Positions 25,239 through 37,866 of a DNA stretch of 64,000 nucleotides are shown in pieces (position 1 is the stretch's first letter; each line of letters starts with the position of its first letter). Below the pieces are notes generated by a model. The model did not search any database, was not told where the DNA came from, and saw nothing but the letters and a program-made list of their open reading frames with translations. A program made the position numbers and the translations under genes. Origin of the DNA: Tubulanus polymorphus (taxonomy: Eukaryota; Animalia; Nemertea); contig NC_134026.1 in the NCBI RefSeq assembly GCF_964204645.1, forward strand, positions 19,006,150 to 19,070,149, given 5' to 3'.

Positions 25239-28200
25239 CTATTTGCCAGTGTTCGTCAAAGCTCCAGCTCCACCGCCATAACCGTATCCTGTTGGTCCAA
25301 AGTTTTTCCCATAGCAACCTGAAAATGTTAAAACATATAGACATGGATGAACACGATTGATTGATTGATTGATTTTATTTATCGGAACATTATGAATACA
25401 TTCAAATACAATGGTTTCAAGATGGCGGACTAGTGCGATCACGCATTCGTATATGTCCTGACAAAAATTATTTATCAAGTGTTTTTCACTGTGGATTTAT
25501 AACGAGTAATGGGTTCATTGGATAGGAAGTGTTCTATCAAGTTTCCTCTGAATGAGGTAAACGGAAAAATTCTTCATCAAGATGTAATTAACGCTATAAA
25601 GGACAGTGCCGACGGTGACGTGAGTAAAATAGCAGCGATTCAAATAACGTCAAAATTTTGCATAATTACTGCAGTAGATGAAACGAGTAAAGATCTTCTG
25701 AAACAATCCGGATTAATCTTTCGAGGGAATAAAATCACTCCGGATGATGTAGATTTAACCTTTTTGTCTGTGAAAATAGTCGATGCTCCGTATGAGATGT
25801 CGGATCTGACCATTGTCAACTTTATTAAAAATTATGGTGATTATGTTGAAGGATCGGTAAAAAAGGCGTGATAAGGGACACTCAAATATATACTGGGACC
25901 AGATATTTGAAATTGAAACAAGTCAATAAAGTTATTCCAAACTTCACATCAATCGATGGATTCCGCGTAAGAGTGTACTGTGAGGGTATAGGGTGTCAAC
26001 ATTGCCTTGGCGATCATCGCTCAGCTGACTGTCCGTCACGATTTAAGTGTTTCAAATGTGGCGCCGCAGAGCATAAAGCTCGTGATTGTACCGTGACTCT
26101 GAGCGACACGATATCCAACGAAGCGCGTGACTATTGCGAGAAAACGTCAAGCGAACCGCTGTCCAATACTATTACAAATAATGTATTAGTAATCGGTGAT
26201 TCTAACCTCCGTGACTTCGAGTTTCCGAATGGCACGGTTATTTGCCAGCCTGGTGCTAGCGGTGAAAAGATTTCATCGCTTCTGAATAAAGCTGACAATC
26301 AGATTCTAGATCGATCGTCGATTACTGACGTTATTCTCCACTTAGGTACAAACGATATAAGTAACAACAAAAATGACAGTGACACTGTAGTGGTGAATCT
26401 GTCCTTAGCCATGGCTAAAACAACGGAACATTTCAATGAAGCCCAGATTCACTTCTCTAGTATCATTCCAAGAAAAGGTAACTCCAACAACGTAAAAGAG
26501 TACAACAGCCTTGCAATAGCAGTTAACAACCATATCGGGAAACTATGCGCGGAACAGAATATCATGTTTATTGATAATGACACTGTATTGAAACTTAAAC
26601 CGTCTGGTAAAGCTTTGGACCACTTTTATTCGCCGACCGATAAAAGTGGTATTCACCTCAGTGAAACCGGCAAGCTTGCATTGCTTAAACACTTTTGCGA
26701 GGCAATAGATGGCGTCACTAGTGATGCTTTCTGCACACCGACCTCGGCAAAACGAAAGGAGAGATCACTATCCGGAACACCACCTTCAATAGAAAAAACC
26801 AGGAAAAAACAATACGTTGAATATTAGTCAAACACCATGACTTGTTATTTGTATGAAAAGCTCAGTAACTGATATACCTTGTACAAACAACAGTCGTTTG
26901 TACTTCAATGTTGACGAGGATTCTCCTCTTGAACGGGGAAGTCTATCCATCATTTCTCATAACATCAGAAGTGTCAACAAAAATTTTGACAGTTTAACTG
27001 ATTTTTTGAATTGTTGTAATGGTCAATTTTCGGTCATTGGTTTGACCGAGACTTGGACTAATTCAAATAATTCTAACTCCAATTTGTATAGAATTAACGG
27101 TTACACGAGTATTTTTAAATCCCGCGCCAATGGTCAACTTGGTGGCGGCGTAGCTCTCTTCCTAAAGGAAAATTTCAATTTCAAAGTACGGACAGACTTA
27201 TCAACTAGGAATCATACTTTCGAATCTTTATTCATCGAAATTGTTTTAGATAAAAAATCCAATATTATTATTGGAGTAATATATAGACCTCCAGGAGGAA
27301 AATTACCAACTTTTCAAGATGAATTTGAAGTTTTAACGGCAGAAATTACTCGCGAGAACAAACTTTGCTACCTGGTGGGGGACTTTAATATAGATCTCAT
27401 GAAATATGATACGCACAAAGATACTGAAATATTTCTCGAATCTTTATTTTCTCATTCTTTTTCACCTTTGATTGACAAGCCAACTCGAGTAACTTGTGAC
27501 TCGACATCCTTAATTGACAATATTTTTTGTAACGATTTGCGACATGTTCACAAATCTGGGATTTTTATGACCGACCTTTCGGATCATTACCCAATATTTA
27601 CTATCTGCAGTGGTGATCAGCCTCTGTCTGACAGACAACCTTTTAAAACTAGAATTTTCTCGCAGCGCAATATTTCTAATTTCAACAGATTACTAATGAA
27701 TATTAACTGGAGTGAAGTGTATTCATCTGATAATCCCTGTTGCTTACACTACTTTCATTGAAAAAGTTTCTTCAGTTTTCAATCAAGTTTTCCCTCTGGT
27801 ACCAGTTAATCATATTAATCCCTCATTCCATAAACCATGGATAACTCCTGGTATTATCGCAGCAATTAAAACAAAAAACAACCTTTATAGGAAATTTATT
27901 AGAACACGTTCAGAAAAAATAAAATCAAAATACAACTTGTACAAAAATCTCATTTCAAAGCTTATTAACAAAGCCAAATCTAATTATTATTCTGAAAAAT
28001 TGCTCGCTGCTGGAAATGATATGAAAGAAAAGTGGAAACTGTTGAACACAGTTTTAGGCAGAAACATTTATTCTAAAATGCCTAATTCTTTTACTTCTGA
28101 TCAACGTGTTATTTCTGGTAATATAAACATCGCCAACGAGTTTAACAATTTTTTTGTAAATATTGGTGAAAGGCTTGCTACTCAAATCCCTGATACAGGG

Positions 28201-31200
28201 CAATCCTTTCATCAATATATGAATAAACGTGTCAATGAAAGTCTATTTCTCTTTCCGACTTCACCTCATGAAATAAGTGATGTGGTCTCGGGTTTCCCCT
28301 TAAAGAAGAGTGCCGGTGTCGATGGTTTGAGTATTTTTGTTATAAAACAGGTGATTGACATCATTAAGTTCCCTTTATCCCATATCTTTAACCGTAGTCT
28401 TCAGACTGGAATAGTTCCCAATGAACTCAAAATTGCGAAAGTTTGTCCTTTGTTTAAATCCGGAGCCCCTAATTCTTTAAATAATTATCGACCCATATCT
28501 TTGCTTCCTAGCTTCTCAAAAATTCTGGAAAAACTAGTTTACAACAGATTGGTTTCCTTTTGTAACAAACAGGATATTGTAATCCCCGACCAGTTTGGCT
28601 TTCGTTCAAAACATTCAACAGATTTGGCATAAACCAAGGTTGTTGATAATCTTTCTGAAGCCTTGGAAAATAAGAATATTACTATTGGATTATTCTTGGA
28701 CCTGTCTAAGGCATTCGACACCGTTAACCATGACATTTTGTTAATGAAGCTTGATTATTACGGAATCCGAGGTGTTCCTCATGATTGGTTTAAAAGCTTC
28801 CTGACTGACAGGAGTCAAGTTTTAAGTTTCAACAATACCTTATCGTCTCCATTAAATATATCAATTGGTGTACCCCAGGGTTCTATTCTAGGCCCTTTGC
28901 TCTTTTTATTATACGTTAACGATTGCGTTAATGCGTCCAAATTACTCCATTTTATCCTCTTTGCCGATGACACGAATTGTTTTTATAGTAACTCTAATAT
29001 CAAAGAATTGGTTTCCATAGTAAATTCTGAACTGGCGAAACTTGGCATCTGGTATCAAGTAAACAAACTTTCAATACATATTGCGAAATGCCACTTTATG
29101 ATTTTTGGTCGAGTAGATCACTTTAATTTTTCCATTTGGTTAAATGGAGAATTAATCAAACGTGTACATAGTACGAATTTTCTTGGTCTTTTTATAGATG
29201 ACAAATTAAATTGGGATGTCCATATCAAATATGTCTGCAGTAAAGTGTCACGCTCCATTGGAATTTTAACCAGATTAAAAAAGCATTTCCCATCAAATAT
29301 CCTTATTACCCTTTATTATAGTTTTGTTTATCCTCATTTACAATATTGTAATTTAATCTGGGGAAGTAATTATGCAAACAAGCTTAATCCACTAATTTTA
29401 CTACAAAAAAGAGCAGTAAGAATTGTTAATAAGTCTCATTTCCTAGAACACACTGACCCTATCTTTAAGAAATTGAATATCCTAAAATTTAGACATATTA
29501 CAAAATTTCAATTAAGTCTATTTATGTTCAAATTCAATAATTCAAAATTGCCAAATTCCTTTAATCGGTATTTCAAAAAGAATGTTGATATACACTCGTA
29601 TTCAACCAGAAATATGAATTCTTTTCGTGTTGCCAGATTTCGGACTAACAAAACACAATTCGCAGTAAAAATTTCTGGTCCTGTTGTCTGGAATAATTTG
29701 CCAAAAAGTTTAAAACAACTGTCGTGTATAGATACTTTCAAAAGAAAACTTAAATTGTATCTAATGAATTTGTAATTAATCTGTCTGTATCTGTTATCTA
29801 TTACCAGATTGTAAGAGTGAATGAAAGATAGTGTGATTGACCGCCTGAGTGACTACGTGTGTGGGTGCATGTTGGGTGAAGGTGTATGACTGCATGTGTG
29901 TATGAGTTTAGTGAATCGGTGTATGCTAGGGGATTAGAGATTTTATAAGCCTTCATTGGCTTCATCTAATCTCCTCCACATTATATTAAAACATTTCATA
30001 TTTGTATATCTCTTTATGACATGTTGTAATTTTATTGTGGAAATAAATTTATTATTTATTTATTAATGTTAAATACGGTTTGCATTTACACCTAAGTTAA
30101 CATTGCTGCATTTACATGAAGTAGTGAGGAACACGATCTACGAGTACAGCATAAAACTTAAGTTCTTCTCACACATTATTGTAGAATCTGATAAATTTGC
30201 ACAGATCAATTAGAGTTTCTGCGTTTCTTTCTTAACTCTATACTATCCCAGATTTTCTCCCTGATCTCCGTCATTAAATATTGACTTCATTTTCAAATCT
30301 AACACTTATCAGTTCTGATTAATTTTGTTCATAATCAATCCGAACCTCAGCGTCAATTGTTGGAGTCTACAATTTCCGCAGTGTAGTTTATTCAAATCGG
30401 GAAAACTAAGAGGAATCTTATTGTTCGATCTGAAGAACGGCATGTTTTTAATGGAGTTTAACTTGGAAGTGGGATTTCGTAATTTCAATTGAAATTGTAG
30501 AATTGCATCATCAATCGGAGTCGTCGACACACGAGGACTATTAGGTAATAATGTAAATTTAGCGTCCAAAGAAATAGCCACCTAAAGGAAATTAATTAAG
30601 TGGAGCAATGATATCGGATCCAAAATGTATATATACAGGATAGACAATACCTGTTTTTATTCCTCGCTAGCAGAGAATATTCAAAATTTCACATGTCAAG
30701 TTCATAGGTGGGTATGGTGGCTGATTCGGGCCACATTAAAAAATGACACTCGGTCTCCACCAATTTTTTCCTAATTCTACATTTTTCGTTTTAACGCATC
30801 GTTAAACAAAAAATCTGTTTTAATGTTTTTTAATGTGGCCTGAATCAGCCACCATAGGCAGGTGAGCTCTTATGACTTTTTCTTAAGAGTTTTGTTTTTA
30901 TTACAGTGTGTGTCTATGGCCGATACGTTTCAGTACGTCCCATTATCGAATATTTACTGAGAACACACACTGATGTAATCTATGTATATTTCCAGATTAT
31001 TTCTCGCTGGTATAGAATTAGAATACGCAAAACCGATTTCATTCGATTGTAGGTGAGCCTTTCTGACTTTTTCCTAGAATTTGGTTTTGAAAATAGTGTG
31101 TCTTTAATATGGCCGATACGTTTCAGTTACGTATGGTGGCTGATTCGTGGCTGGTGGCTCGACCGCGATATTTACTGGGAGGATTTTTACCTGTTACCGC

Positions 31201-31326
31201 CATATGGGATAGTTATCGCATTCTAGGGACAATTAATGATGGTCGAAATAATCATCAAAAGGGATACAATTAGTGTTAAGCAATTTGACTTAACGTTATG
31301 AAGTCACTGGACTCTCAAAATCATTC

Positions 31327-31358
<32 letters not shown>

Positions 31359-32625
31359 AAAGTATATGTGTGTTTAGATAAGGTGTGCTACATACACTGT
31401 TTCCATTGCCAATCAGATGTTGAACTGAGGAGACCTTACATCGCAACGATACGCACTCTTCTTGGCCCCGCCAAAAGCAAGAAAACGAAATCTAATCGCG
31501 AGAAAACAAAAACTAACGCAAAAAATAGATATTTCGGTTGAGAACACAAAATAATTTGTTTCTCGCGCTAAATATTAGTTTTCTGCCATTAATATTTGCG
31601 TATTGTTTTCTGTGTTGATATTTGTTTTCTCGCTATCAAATTTGTTTTCACATTTTTCGTGCTCGAAATATCTTGGGGTGGCCCGAATCATCCACCACGC
31701 TAATCAGCCACCATAGTTATGTGTCTTTTTCGATGATTAACTGAAAACACCCAATGGTGTATTCTGAACCGATTTCTATATTGATTATAAATAATATCAA
31801 CCGTTTAAGCCTAAAATTACCTTGGGTCAGTTTCACAATGCAAAATAATGATTAGTCGCTTATCTTTTATCCACATCTGTTGTAATAGTGACTTATAATG
31901 TTTCAGCAAGCGTAGCTAGTTAGCGGCCTGCGTCGTATAGCTTTAGTTTTTTTTAAACGTTCAAGTACTTCTCATCACATCAATCATTAACCAGCTGAAA
32001 AATATTTTCTTCTTTCACCCACGTTTTGTCTCTTCTTCCTATTATATTTTCAAATATTGTTATCCGCGAAGTTTTACGCTAGGTCAACCATGGTTTCCGC
32101 CAGGTTTTTCGCTCGTTTATATACATGTACTGACATTATTATGTAATTTTCCTATCGGGGTCTCCTACTCTAATTGTATATTTCCAATTAATATGTTATC
32201 ATTGATTATTTTCTTTATTCATGTTTATATATTTGTTATATTATATATTTGAAAAAAAATGTATTCATATATACTAGCTCATTGAAAATAAAGAAATATG
32301 GATTTCGAATTCAGTATAGGTAATAAGGTGATCTGTACAAAACAACTTACTTTTGCAATAGATTTCATTTACTTCTTCGCCCTTTCTTTCAGCAACAGTG
32401 TTTGAATCCAGAGATTTATTGCAATCTTTACACGTAAAACATCCTCTTTTGTGAAAGGACTGAAAGATTAAGGCGTAAAAAGTCAAATAGATCAAAATAG
32501 CCACTCTATCTCAAAATGCGAAATAAGAATCATATATTTACCCCTCCAGCTGCTATAATTTCCTCATTTGCATATACCGATTTGCCGCATCGGAGGCATT
32601 TCTTTCCACCACCAAACTGAGGCAT
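25239..32625 (-). CDS. Single-LIM-domain CRP / muscle LIM protein, copy B, 90 aa
   Basis: Exons 32625-32542, 32459-32351, 25318-25239, identical in size to copy A: [90 protein letters not shown]. Confidence 0.9.
25413..30065 (+). mobile_element. Near full-length CR1-group LINE: 5'UTR, ORF1 (25509-26827), ORF2 APE+RT (26853-29775), 3'UTR
   Basis: ORF1 has an RRM-like N-terminus, two CCHC-type knuckles and an SGNH esterase (GDS, GTND, GIH), with one frameshift at ~25865. ORF2 has HNIRS, GLTETW, YRPP, GDFN, SDHYP, YRPISLL, DLSKAFDTVNH, GVPQGSILGP and FADD, with a frameshift at ~27740 and a stop at 28630-28632. Ends in AATAAA plus (TTAT)n. Confidence 0.93.
25417..25427 (+). promoter_or_regulatory. 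YY1-type CAAGATGGCGG motif at the LINE 5' end (candidate internal promoter element)
   Basis: Exact CAAGATGGCGG a few nt from the apparent 5' end of the LINE. YY1 sites are known at LINE 5' termini. Confidence 0.5.
30712..30857. mobile_element. MITE (~145 bp)
   Basis: TIRs tatggtggctgattcgggccacattaaaaaa / ttttttaatgtggcctgaatcagccaccata. Confidence 0.75.
31132..31716. mobile_element. MITE-like element with the same terminal motif as 30712-30857
   Basis: tatggtggctgattcgtgg...tgg...tcg at the left end and cgaatcatccaccacgctaatcagccaccata at the right end. Confidence 0.6.
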
Positions 32626-35600
32626 TGCTGCTGTTTTATGAGCAAAATTGCGAACTTGTATAGACTATGGTGTATAGCGGTCTGCTAGTTTTATAAGCAA
32701 AATTGCCAACTTGTCAACAGTCTTATAAGCGGTCACTGTCTTAGACGGGTAGCGGCCCGTAGCAAAACCCGTTGGATCTATTCAATGCATACAATATATC
32801 TGAGGAGCCCTGTTTTCGAAAACACCACATGACTTACATAAAACATTATGGCCTACATAAACTGTTTCTATAAGCATTTCCGGTGTCAGAATAGATATTT
32901 ACTACGTTGAAACAGGTCAATATACGTAAAGAATGCCAGTTATCGTATGCCGGGTATGGCCAAATTCTTCGATCGATTTAACGCCATTGCGAGGTCGACT
33001 ATATAATCATTCACAATTGATTGATGAAGATATGCGATGAAGAAATATTTCAGAAAACATAATCTGACTTATTATCTTGGAATAAAATCGCCGAATTTTT
33101 TGATCGAATCATAGTTATTTTTCTCTGAAATAGTATGTATGAATTACTCCCAATTTGTTTTTAATCAAATGGAAATTCCTATAACCTGCTGTCCCGGGGA
33201 TATTTCGATTAAATAAAACGTTTTCCGATTATCATCACTATCATTGCCGCGGTAATCACTATTGATAATAGCTGGTCATCGTTTCAACACTGAAAATTCA
33301 GATTTGACCGGGGTTAGAAGTCCACAGTAACGGATCGTAATGAAACTTGGTACAATGGTCCGTGGGCCAACGCCTAAAACAATATAAAGCCGTTATGGAA
33401 TCTTTTTTGCCTGAAAACTGGACCAGTTAATAATAAAAAATTCATTTTTTTCTGATTCGAAAACCATATGGATTTCTTCTTTGAAATAGAAACTCGAAAT
33501 ATTTCTTTTGATCTGTAAAGATGGCACCCGTGAGAAGACGGTGGTGTTTGATACTTTGACGTCTATTGTTGTGATAAGCAATTTTCAATATCTAGATAAC
33601 GTATATGAATAGATAGCAGTTACATGCTCATGATACATACAACTCAAGTTGTTAGAAATTCATAAAAGGAGCATGTTTTAGTTTATCGGAATTAAATACC
33701 CATTTACCTTTATCCCTAGATCGGTTTGTGTCTCGGATTATTAAGAAATATCTTTGATTTAGACTTTTGAGACAATAGTACAATGGAATGTCGATGTTTA
33801 CATGTTTGACAACTCCGGGCTCAGTTCGTCACCAAGTTGCTAAGAACATTAATTCTTGTGGCTTGATTGGCGAATCCATCGGGTTCCGAGGTTGGTTGTC
33901 GGCCATCCTCAAATGTAACGGTGTTGGTCACGTGAATAATTCCTAGAAGACCAACTTTTGATGGTATAAAAATAAGAGACATAGCTGAACTAGTCGAAGA
34001 GCACCGGGAAACATAAGTGGAGAGCACTGAGAAAGATCAGGAAAACTCACCAGGGAAACTAGTAACTGAAGATTTAGAATATGAAGAATTATAAGCTGAC
34101 AGCAATTTTAGGTGTCGATAGATCGTAACTGAGTAGAAACGGAATAAAAAGTGTGAGTATTTATCGTAATTTACATTAAGTAGTTAAAATTTAATCATTT
34201 TGGTCTCGGGTTATTATTCAATTTGTTTCGTTGTGCGGAGCTGGGGAAGGATACGCCCTTCCACGATATTTCGGTTTCTTCTTCAGGCCGCATAACACTA
34301 ATATTATTTGATAAAATTCAGTAAAAAGATATTACTTCCTGACGATTTACGTATCTCAGATTATTATCGATCATTTTCATTGACCAGCGTTGACGGACAA
34401 AAAGTTCGAGAAATTATGATGGATTAAGCAATATCGATATCATCTATTTTGGAAAGTAGCAATCGGCTCGTTTCATTCGTGTTAATAATAAATCATCAAT
34501 GGGAAATTTTGATTGCTAAATGCAGCAGCTTCTGACGAATTTAATCTCGCAACGGTGACGCGGTATGGAGGAGAGGCGATTATATTTCCGACTTTTATAT
34601 ATTTATATGAAATTTGATCTTCGGACAGTTTTCATACGATGCTTCTAAAGTGTTCCAGCGGTTCTTGATTGTTTCTCCATCACAACGCGTGCAGTACCGT
34701 TATACTGGCGATCGTATTTCCTAATATGGAACGTTACTGAACTCACTGTAAGCATGGTTCAACGGACACAGTAACACCTCTCAGTCTCATTGTGTGTGCA
34801 GCAGTGGTGTTCTATCCTGATTAGTTTACAAGATATAAGCTGATAAGCTTATAAAAACCGGCTTTCCGGCTGCACTTTTGCCTCCGATATCACAGTAAAA
34901 TGGCTGTGACTTGAAAAGTTTATAAACAGATAGCGGAGGCATTATTTTTCGGTATCATTTTAAGTTTGGTATCATTCGAAAGCAAACAACCAGGAAATCA
35001 TTAATCATATTTAACTGCAAAGTTTTAACAAAAATAAATGCAGTAGAGTAGATTTAGATGCAAAACAGGGCAAATTTCAATAGGAGAATACCGCAATCAG
35101 ATCTACTTTTACCTGTTCTGGAGTTGGAGGGTGCTTTGATTGTGATTGTGGGGACGACAATTTGGTTTCTGATTGCCAATTGCCGGTTGTCGACTCGAAA
35201 ACAGGTCGACAACCGGCAATCAGGTTTCTGTTTGCCGATTGCCGATTGTCGATGTGAAAACTGGTCGACTATCAGGTTTTTGACGGCAATTTGAAACCGA
35301 ATCACTCACCTCATTTAAAAAAAACCCTCCACGATGGAACTCTATTGACCTATTCTGGAGTTGAACCAGCAGATAAATTGAGTTAATCGAGCAAGGAAGG
35401 GACTGCAGAGCTGTATAATATTCAATCAAAACGTATGTTTTAAAAATGAGCGCAAATTATCGCAACAATGGGAACCTCGAGGGACCGCCACAAAATGGCG
35501 CCTGAAACTGGAAACATCTTTAATGCGCGGCCTTCGTTGGTGACTTCGCGGACAGTAAGTTTGACCTTCTTACGGCCGTCATCCGCCGTCATATTGGCTC

Positions 35601-35879
35601 CCTCGCCGTACATGATTCCGCGTTCGGCATCCACGCTTTCAAGAACGAAGAAATATTGCAATCTGCGCCACGGCGTCGATTCGGCGTCTGAAATTGGATT
35701 CAGAAACATTTGTGCTGTAGACACAGATAGAGTTAAAACAATATTGTTTGTACTACGAGAAAACCACTTCATGCAAATCTGAAGGAAAAGAATTAACTTT
35801 TGTATTGAACCGAAGATACGTAAGCTGCAGGTGTCTGAATTCAGACCGAAAATAACTTTTCGGGATAAACAGGAAAGCC

Positions 35880-36260
35880 TTTTGTGCCTGATCTACTCAA
35901 ATTTTCCATGATGATGGGCCAAAAATTTGATGCATTCACATGGAGGTATGGAACATCAGGAAAATCGAATGAAGCGTCTTCAAAATTTCATTGAAACCTT
36001 CAAAAGTGTAAAAAGCGCTAATATTGGCGAAGAGCAATCATGGCTGCCAGTCGGCCACCTTGTTTCTGGCAGGGTCAGTTTCTGAATTGTTAATGTGTCG
36101 CTAATATAGATGCATGTTCGCACCAAATATCAAGACGACATATTTAAGCGTCTTCGAAACCTCCAAAATAACTGAATTCTGGCTACGGACGAACGAACGG
36201 ACGGATGGCGGACGGAAAGAGAACGCAATAGCCCGGCGCTGAGACTTAAGGTGGGCTAAA
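35880..36260 (+). mobile_element. Helitron/Helentron-associated (HINE-like) repeat fragment
   Basis: An (ACGG/ACGA)n tract followed by a short terminal hairpin, tagccc...gggcta-aa. This arrangement is typical of invertebrate HINE 3' ends. Confidence 0.45.
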
Positions 36261-36854
36261 TAGACACGGCGTTTCGTTTCAATCATTCCTATCTTATCAT
36301 CTATAACCGATGACTAAGGGGGTCTATATTCTGTCCACGGATTTGTTTTTGTTTTAATATGACGATGACGATTATGATCAGCCCTTTAAGGTTGACTAGG
36401 CTCGTAAATTAGCACAGTTGAAATCCTTTGCAAAAGACGGTCCTATGGCACACAAAGTGTCACAGGAATATTCTACCAAATGGAATCAGAAGTACTGAAT
36501 CCCTATTATATGTTTAAAAGCAATGGAAATATTCTATTGAGAGAAAGGTTTTTTACACAATTTAGCATTATACAACGCCGGCCAACATGATTTAGGCCTA
36601 TGATAAATGTAGAACGATGATTATCGCATCAAAATCGAAGCCTTTAACAGCAGATAACTTTATCAATGCTTTTTGTTAAGTATCCGTCTACTTGCGAGTT
36701 GTTAGAGCTAGGGTACGAGATGAATCTGATGTATCAGACAGTCGCCGTTATATAGATGTCCTTTCAATCATTTCACTTGCTATATTGTTTCTCTGGCACG
36801 TAATTTGGCCCACAGGGCTGTTAAAGGCAACACAGTCAGGGGCTAGGAGTGGTA

Positions 36855-37606
36855 CGTGGTAATAATGCCAGAGGTAAAAATGCCATAGGTAATAATACCA
36901 GAGGTAAAAATGCCAGGGGAGTAAAAATGCCAGAGGCAATAATGCCAGACGAAATAATGCCAAAAGGGTAAATTGATTCAATGATTATAAGAAACAAGCG
37001 TATGTATCAAAACTTATAAACTATTCATCGAATTGTTGCGTTGATGTTTTGAATTACAGCAAACTAACTCGTCAAAAACTTTTTGATTTGAATTATAATA
37101 CCTATTATTATACCTAGCAATATGCTCTATCTAAACTAGATTCATATGTAATTCAATATGTAAACTCATTGTGTGCATTCATTTGTTAATATTCATTAAT
37201 TTAGAAATGTGTTATAATATCATGACTATGTTCCCTTTTGATTACAATTATATAAGAATATGTGTTAATTTTCTAATTTCCAATGATCTCAAAAATAAGA
37301 ATATCAATAATTTTAATGAATTTCTTGCTTATGTAAGACTTTATTCGATAGATTTGTGATTCTCTTTATTTTACAAATTTGTCATTCAATTTTTTTTTAA
37401 TTTTTGTGATCATAGGAATATGTTCTAAACTGTGCATCATTCATTACGTAAAATCTAATGTAAATAAGAATTTTCAGGTCCAATGTCAATAAATTTTTCA
37501 CTTAATTTTCCTCATATTTCCTTCTGGCATTTTTACCTCTGGCATTTTTACACCCCTGGCATTTTTATCTCTGACATTTTTACCTCTGGCATTATTACCT
37601 GGATTC
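36855..37606. mobile_element. Non-autonomous TIR element with 15-bp subterminal tandem repeats (AATGCCAGAGGTAAA)
   Basis: About 7 units at 36858-36965 and the inverted array at ~37515-37600. The same terminus and array recur at 48234-48325. Confidence 0.7.
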
Positions 37607-37693
37607 GCTAGGGGTATATCGTATATGTGTGGAGGCCTATACCATACGCACGATATGTCTATATAGCGGTCATATTGCAACATCCAATGGAAT

Positions 37694-37866
<173 letters not shown>

